Below are positions 58,440-64,000 of a stretch of DNA of 64,000 bases, piece after piece. The stretch is taken from IMG/VR virus record IMGVR_UViG_3300025120_014919, positions 41,614 through 105,613 of that record, one strand, 5' to 3'. A model generated the notes under the pieces. It was not told the DNA's origin, searched no databases, and saw only the letters and a list, made by a program, of their open reading frames with translations. The translations under genes and the position numbers were made by a program. This stretch comes from a virus. The first letter of the stretch is position 1. Every line of letters starts with the position of its first letter.

Positions 58440-59260
58440 AAGTAATTTTTAACTCTTCCATGCCTCGAGCATGTAGTACTTTATTACAAAATATATTTGC
58501 TCAAAACCCTGCTTTTTATGCTACACCAACAGATGGGCTTTTAGAGCTTTTAGAAGGAGCAAGACAACGATTTACAGATAGTGTTGAATTTAAAGCAGCA
58601 GTAGATCAAGATTTAGCATTACAATCTTGGCGTAATTTCTGTAAAGGTGGTTTCGAAGGGTATTGTAATACATTAACTGATAAACCATTTATTATTTTAA
58701 AAGGTAGAGGTTGGAAAGGTAATATTAGTTGGGTAGAAAATTTCTTAAGTGAAAAACCTGTAATTTTTTGCATGGTAAGAAATTTAAAAAGTATAGCAGC
58801 ATCATTTGAAAAATTACATAGAAAGAATCCAGATAAAACTTCCCAGTGGTTAATAAATTATGAAAACAGAGGTACTACTGTATATAAAAGAGTTGATATG
58901 TATTTAAATAACATACCTGTAAGTATTAGTCTAGATAGAATACAAGAGATACATGAAATGGGTTCAGAACAAAAAATAATGTTTATACGTGCTGAAGACC
59001 TTGCTTCTAAACCTGATGAAATAATGAATGAAATTTATGATATTTTAGGTTTAGAAAGATATAATCATAACTTTAATAATATCGAGCAAATTACAAAAGA
59101 AAACGACGTAATACATGCCCTAGATAATGACTTACACACTATTAGAAATAAAGTAGAACCTTTAATAGATAACTATCAAGAAATTATTGGTTTAGATGGA
59201 TGTAAGTATATAGATGATAATTATAGATGGTACCAAGAAAAGTTCGGGTATATTGATTAA
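58436..59260 (+). CDS. PAPS-dependent sulfotransferase
   Basis: 5'-PSB-like SMPRACSTLL, 3'-PB-like MVRNLKSIAAS, IRAEDL. Confidence 0.8.
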   Translation: MKVIFNSSMPRACSTLLQNIFAQNPAFYATPTDGLLELLEGARQRFTDSVEFKAAVDQDLALQSWRNFCKGGFEGYCNTLTDKPFIILKGRGWKGNISWVENFLSEKPVIFCMVRNLKSIAASFEKLHRKNPDKTSQWLINYENRGTTVYKRVDMYLNNIPVSISLDRIQEIHEMGSEQKIMFIRAEDLASKPDEIMNEIYDILGLERYNHNFNNIEQITKENDVIHALDNDLHTIRNKVEPLIDNYQEIIGLDGCKYIDDNYRWYQEKFGYID

Positions 59261-62200
59261 ACGCTTATTTTAAGTGTACCGCTATCGTTCCAAACAACAC
59301 CAGCTATGCTTGGATCAGAGGTGGGTAACGTTGAAGCTTTTAAGAATAATCCATTTGCATGTAACAAATTAGATGAGACTGTTGTAATACTTGTACCAGC
59401 AATAACCGAATTAATATCATCTACCCTGACGCAATTACATTGACCACCTAAAACCGCTGAATTACCACCGCATGCCTGGTTACAAAAACCACCAGTAACA
59501 ACTGAACCGCCTCCATATGCTGTATTACGACTACCAGCCCCGATAAACGCTTTACTTCCTACCGCATCGTTCGCGCAACCAGCACCGATAAACGAATAAG
59601 ACGCAGCATTAACAGTTCTATTATTTCTACCACCTCCAACAATTGAACAATCTGCATATACAGTATTGCACATACCACCTACAATAGATGAATGATCGTT
59701 TCCAACGCATATAAGATTTTCAAACCCACCACCGATGAATGTATTATTACTACGGTTACAATTACTACTACCTCCAACTATACTAGCTGATAGACCGGTT
59801 ACTGCATTACTTGTACCACCGCCGATGAATGAATGACTACCAGTAGCTCTACTACTAAACCCGCCAACTATAGTTGAGTGTATTCCTTGAGCTTGATTAC
59901 TTGTACCACCTACTACAGATGACCTAAGAGCGGTGGCTTCATTTTCGCCACCGCTACCTACAAATGACCCGTTACCGGTAGCTTTATTATTAGCACCGTT
60001 ACCTACAAATGAATAGTTCTGGCATGCCAAATTGGTATTACCTTGTACTATAGTACTGTGAGTGCCGCATGCTTTATTCATATAACCACCACCAACAAAT
60101 GAACAAGCACCTATAGCACAACTATAGGTTCCATTAATGTTTGAAGCGCCACTACCGCATGCTTTATTCTGATAACCACTAATACCTACAAATGAGTAAG
60201 CACCGGTTGCGTAACCCCTTCTACCACCTCCAACAAATGAGTAAGCACCGGTTGCGCTATTACCATAACCATTAACTACAGTTGTATTATTACTGGAAGC
60301 TAAATTACTATAACCATTTCCGATAAATGAGGTTGCACCGGTAGCTCGATTACCATTCAAACCTCCTACAATAGCTGAATGTGAACCAGTCGCACAATTA
60401 GCATTACCACCACCAACAAATGAGTTTGAACCGGTAGCTTGATTATTAACACCACCAGTAATTTTACCAACTCTAATATCACCAGCTGATAGAGTATTGG
60501 TAGTTAAATTATTACTTGCCTTAACATTGGTTGCTGATAGCGTCACAGCTGTTAAATTGTTACTAGCTTTAATATTCGTCGCTGATAGCGTCACAGCTGT
60601 TAAATTGTTACTAGCTTTAATATTCGTCGCTGATAGCGTCACAGCTGTTAAATTGTTACTAGCTTTAATATTAGTACCTGATAAAGAAATAGCTGTTAAA
60701 TTATTACTTGCCTTAACATTGGTTGCTGATAGCGTCACAGCTGTTAAATTGTTACTAGCTTTAATATTAGTACCTGATAGAGTAACTGCAGTTATATTAT
60801 CACTAGCCTTTATATTATTAACAAATGTCGTACAAGCTGCATCTGCTGTTATATTACTACCTATAATAAATGAACAAGTATAAGAAGTGTCGATTACATT
60901 AGCCTTACCACCGAATATACCTGAATAATCAGCTTTAGCACAATTATGACAAGATGGGTTACCGTTAGTATAACCGCCACCGACAACAATTGAACAAGCA
61001 CCTGTTGCGGAATTATACCCACCTGAGCCGATGAATGAATTATTACCACAAGCGTTATTATTTTTACCAGCACCAACAAATGATTGACATTTTGTCATAT
61101 TGCAATATCCACCACCAATGGCTGATTCATTACCACAAGCAACATTTAAACACCCACCAGTGACACCTGATTTACTACCACAAGCTTGATTAAAAAAACC
61201 ACCACCCACGAATGAACAACCACCAATAGCTTTATTGAAGGAACCACCACCGATGGATGAATGAACACCGGTAGCACAAATATAATAACCATTTCCGACA
61301 AATGACTTATCACCGGTTGCTTGATTGAGATAACCATTTCCGATAAATGAGGTTGCACCGGTAGCTCGATTACCATACGTACCATTTCCGACAAATGAAC
61401 AATTACCAGTAGCATGATTACAAGTACCACCACCAATAAATGATCTAGCACCGGTATTTGTATTACCAAACCCAGCAGTAATTTTACCAACTCTAATATC
61501 ACCAGCTGATAGAGTATTGGTAGTTAAATTATCGCTAGCTTTAATATCAGTTGCTGATAGTGTAACTGCAGTTAAATTGTTACTAGCTTTAATATTCGTC
61601 GCTGATAGAGTAATAGCCGTTAAATTGTTACTAGCTTTAATATTCGTCGCTGATAGAGTAATAGCCGTTAAATTGTTACTTGCCTTTATATCAGTTGCTG
61701 ATAAAGAAATAGCTGTTAAATTGTCAGTAGCTTTAATATTCGTACCTGATAGAGTAATAGCCGTTAAATTGTTACTGACTTCAACATTACCGCTAGTAGA
61801 AATAGCTAATTTATTTTGAGCAGCATAAGACGATTGATTACCATCAGAAGCATAACCAATATTAAATCCAGTCTGTAAATAGCCTGAACCAATAAACCAT
61901 TCACGATTACTAGCTGCAGCTGCGCTATTTTTGCTATCTTGGATTTTAATACCAGCTCCACGGCCTTCATACCCGTTAATGTCTATTATAGCAGCAACCG
62001 CTGGTGAACCACCACTATCAGGTACATCTAATTTAAATAAGGTATCTGACTTAATTGAGCCACCTGCATCTACGCTACCAACGGCGTTAACATCACCACT
62101 TAAGTTTATAGAACCTGTAATATCGAAACCAGATAATTCAACCGAAGTGATATCAAGATATCTTACATTGGATGAAACAGCTGTTATAACTGTAGCACTT

Positions 62201-64000
62201 AATGATTCCGTAACTATATAACCAGTATTTGCAATATTTGTACTACTTAATGTTGTTGTAGTTAAATTATTACTTGCTGTTAAATTATTACTTGCCTTTA
62301 TATCAGTAGCTGATAGAGTAACTGCTGTAATATTATCATTAGCTTTTATATCAGTAGCTGATAGAGTAATAGCCGTTAAATTGTTACTAGCTTTAATATC
62401 AGTTGCTGATAGAGTATTGATTGTAATATTATCACTAGCTTTAATATCGGTAGCTGATAGAGTAATAGCCGTTAAATTATTACTTGCCTTTATATCACCA
62501 ATAACATCTAATTTAGTAACCGGCTGATTAGTTCCGACACCAACATTACCTGCAAAGTAATTAGGATTAGAACCTGAAGCACTTAAAGAACTATTCGTTT
62601 CAATCTGACCAACAAAGAAATTACGATTAGAACCTAAAGCACTTAAAGAACTTTTCGTTTCAATATAACCATCAACTAATAAATTACTAGTAGCTGATAT
62701 CGTGGCAGAAGCTAAATTGTTTGAAACTAAATTATTTGAAGCTTTTATATTAGTAGCTGATATCGAGGTAGAAGTTAAATTATTATCAGCTTTTATATCA
62801 ATAGCTGATAGAGTAATAGCCGTTAAATTATTACTGATTGTTAAATCAGAAGCTTCAATTTTTGTCTCTAATACTGGTACAGTTAATCTACCTGTCGCTG
62901 ATATATTACCTACAACCGTTAACGTTTCATTAGGGGTGTTAGTACCAATACCTGTACGATTATTTACTGAATCTACAACTAGATTATTATTACCTATATT
63001 AGCTGATGTACCTATTACCAAATCACCGTTTGAACTAATATTACCTGAAACTGTTAATCTTTCTGCTGGGGTATTATCTCCAATACCTATTTTAGCTCCA
63101 TCAGCAAAAACAATACTATCTCCACCTACATCCTCAAATGTTGCTAATGTACCTGGTCCACAGAATTGTTTTAAAACTAAAGCAGGGTCTGAATCATAAC
63201 TAAAAACTGATAATGTACTAGTTGTTATGTTTAATGTAGTATTAAAAACACCTGTTACTAACAAATCTCTTGCTGTAAGAGTATCAGTTTCTATAAAATC
63301 ATTTGCCCATATACCGTTAGTAGATAAAAGATTAACATAAGCTCTATCAGCTGATAATCTTTCAGCAGATAATGAACTAACTTTAATACTATCAGCTGAT
63401 AAAGAATTGCCTGATAAAGACTCTACATTTATAAAATGTGATGAAAGACTATTAGCTGATAAAGTAAACGCATCAATATAATTAGCAGATAAAGATTTAG
63501 CTGATAATGAAATAACACTAATGAAATTTGAAGATAAGGATGCAGTTGATAATGAAACTATTTCTGTTGAACCACTAATAATATTTTTACCAACAAAAGC
63601 ACCTGTACCTGGGTTAAGTATAATATCACCACCAACACCATTAACTGAGTTAGCTCTTCCTCCGCAAATTAATATATCTCCCCCTTGTGAGTTAACTTCT
63701 TCCGAATCACCACCGCTTAGTGTAATACCTCCACCGATACCACCAGGGCATTTATTTCTTAATCCTTTAATTAATATCTGTTTAGCGCATGCATCAGATC
63801 TATTATCATCTATACATACATATAAATCACTACTAAAATCTCCACTTATGGTATTTATCGCTGTTTCAGAACTTAATCCAATTTTGTTAGTGCATACTTG
63901 ACCAACTTTAAAAGTTTTAATTGCATATGGTCCTATGTTAAATACATCAGCTGATATTGAATGAACACTTAAACTTTTTGTTGTACAATTACCTTGACCT
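59257..64000 (-). CDS. Giant repetitive tail fibre/adhesin (at least 1580 aa; true start outside window)
   Basis: By hand translation the frame stays open from 63264 to the window end. It has IGIGTNTP/LTVxGNISA fibre motifs, 16-aa stalk repeats, YadA/Hep-Hag-like 15-aa repeats and the C-terminus LPTSDP...GVVWNDSGTLKISV. Confidence 0.88.
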   Translation of the reverse strand, partial: GQGNCTTKSLSVHSISADVFNIGPYAIKTFKVGQVCTNKIGLSSETAINTISGDFSSDLYVCIDDNRSDACAKQILIKGLRNKCPGGIGGGITLSGGDSEEVNSQGGDILICGGRANSVNGVGGDIILNPGTGAFVGKNIISGSTEIVSLSTASLSSNFISVISLSAKSLSANYIDAFTLSANSLSSHFINVESLSGNSLSADSIKVSSLSAERLSADRAYVNLLSTNGIWANDFIETDTLTARDLLVTGVFNTTLNITTSTLSVFSYDSDPALVLKQFCGPGTLATFEDVGGDSIVFADGAKIGIGDNTPAERLTVSGNISSNGDLVIGTSANIGNNNLVVDSVNNRTGIGTNTPNETLTVVGNISATGRLTVPVLETKIEASDLTISNNLTAITLSAIDIKADNNLTSTSISATNIKASNNLVSNNLASATISATSNLLVDGYIETKSSLSALGSNRNFFVGQIETNSSLSASGSNPNYFAGNVGVGTNQPVTKLDVIGDIKASNNLTAITLSATDIKASDNITINTLSATDIKASNNLTAITLSATDIKANDNITAVTLSATDIKASNNLTASNNLTTTTLSSTNIANTGYIVTESLSATVITAVSSNVRYLDITSVELSGFDITGSINLSGDVNAVGSVDAGGSIKSDTLFKLDVPDSGGSPAVAAIIDINGYEGRGAGIKIQDSKNSAAAASNREWFIGSGYLQTGFNIGYASDGNQSSYAAQNKLAISTSGNVEVSNNLTAITLSGTNIKATDNLTAISLSATDIKASNNLTAITLSATNIKASNNLTAITLSATNIKASNNLTAVTLSATDIKASDNLTTNTLSAGDIRVGKITAGFGNTNTGARSFIGGGTCNHATGNCSFVGNGTYGNRATGATSFIGNGYLNQATGDKSFVGNGYYICATGVHSSIGGGSFNKAIGGCSFVGGGFFNQACGSKSGVTGGCLNVACGNESAIGGGYCNMTKCQSFVGAGKNNNACGNNSFIGSGGYNSATGACSIVVGGGYTNGNPSCHNCAKADYSGIFGGKANVIDTSYTCSFIIGSNITADAACTTFVNNIKASDNITAVTLSGTNIKASNNLTAVTLSATNVKASNNLTAISLSGTNIKASNNLTAVTLSATNIKASNNLTAVTLSATNIKASNNLTAVTLSATNVKASNNLTTNTLSAGDIRVGKITGGVNNQATGSNSFVGGGNANCATGSHSAIVGGLNGNRATGATSFIGNGYSNLASSNNTTVVNGYGNSATGAYSFVGGGRRGYATGAYSFVGISGYQNKACGSGASNINGTYSCAIGACSFVGGGYMNKACGTHSTIVQGNTNLACQNYSFVGNGANNKATGNGSFVGSGGENEATALRSSVVGGTSNQAQGIHSTIVGGFSSRATGSHSFIGGGTSNAVTGLSASIVGGSSNCNRSNNTFIGGGFENLICVGNDHSSIVGGMCNTVYADCSIVGGGRNNRTVNAASYSFIGAGCANDAVGSKAFIGAGSRNTAYGGGSVVTGGFCNQACGGNSAVLGGQCNCVRVDDINSVIAGTSITTVSSNLLHANGLFLKASTLPTSDPSIAGVVWNDSGTLKISV
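60483..60815 (-). repeat. 48-bp tandem coding repeat (NNLTAVTLSATNIKAS), block 3
   Basis: Units start at 60533, 60581 and 60629; the first two are identical 48-mers. Confidence 0.9.
61503..61775 (-). repeat. 48-bp tandem coding repeat (NNLTAITLSATNIKAS), block 2
   Basis: GCTGATAGAGTAATAGCCGTTAAATTGTTACT recurs with a 48-bp period. Confidence 0.9.
62250..62835 (-). repeat. 48-bp coding repeat, block 1 (interrupted, more degenerate)
   Basis: TLSATDIKAS units at about 62290-62495 and 62690-62835. Confidence 0.8.

Noticed and set aside
60483-62835. 48-bp direct repeats as a CRISPR array
   Set aside because: They are contiguous with no unique spacers, in frame in a fibre gene and vary at synonymous positions; no cas genes are present.
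60497-63901. Plus-strand ORFs (60497, 61517, 61931, 62702, 63521) and short alternative-frame minus ORFs
   Set aside because: Antisense or frame shadows of the repetitive fibre gene, with no promoter motif.
1-64000. Stop-codon reassignment
   Set aside because: Conserved genes are full length in the standard code, and TAA, TAG and TGA all end genes.
1-64000. tRNA/ncRNA genes, prophage boundaries, or eukaryotic giant-virus origin
   Set aside because: Intergenic gaps are mostly under 100 nt and explained by promoters and terminators. There is no integrase or host gene block, and the sheath, baseplate and gp17 genes identify a tailed phage.

Overview
The whole 64-kb window is a gene-dense, strongly AT-rich segment of a large T4-like (contractile-tailed) bacteriophage read in the standard genetic code. 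The replication genes are gp41 helicase (truncated at the window start), a DHH phosphoesterase, a gp59-like protein, gp32 SSB, gp45 clamp, RNase H/5'-3' exonuclease, gp61 primase, gp44 clamp loader and dUTPase. A four-gene NDP-sugar cassette includes a two-enzyme route to NDP-rhamnose. Morphogenesis genes cover the neck, both terminase subunits, an enlarged 1013-aa sheath, the tube, tape-measure-like and baseplate proteins, and four fibre/adhesin genes. Two glycosyltransferases, a sulfotransferase and a GMP reductase lie among the fibre genes. Three patterns stand out. (1) Almost every transcription unit places its start codon at the predicted +1 of either a T4-type late promoter (TAAATA-N5-ATG, 19 cases) or a sigma70-type promoter (TTGA-N18-TA(T/A)AAT-N6-start, 5 cases), implying phage-wide leaderless translation. 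(2) Virion proteins are strongly enriched in a hydrophobic-Ser/Cys-small motif (LSA/LSG/LSS; LCG/VCG/ICS), which with the glycosyl- and sulfotransferases suggests a phage-encoded virion glycosylation/sulfation system. (3) A family of small late proteins, one nested inside another gene, carries N-termini resembling the T4 capsid-targeting sequence. Product calls come from motif recognition and synteny only; no searches were run. No tRNA, CRISPR array, intron or mobile element was seen.
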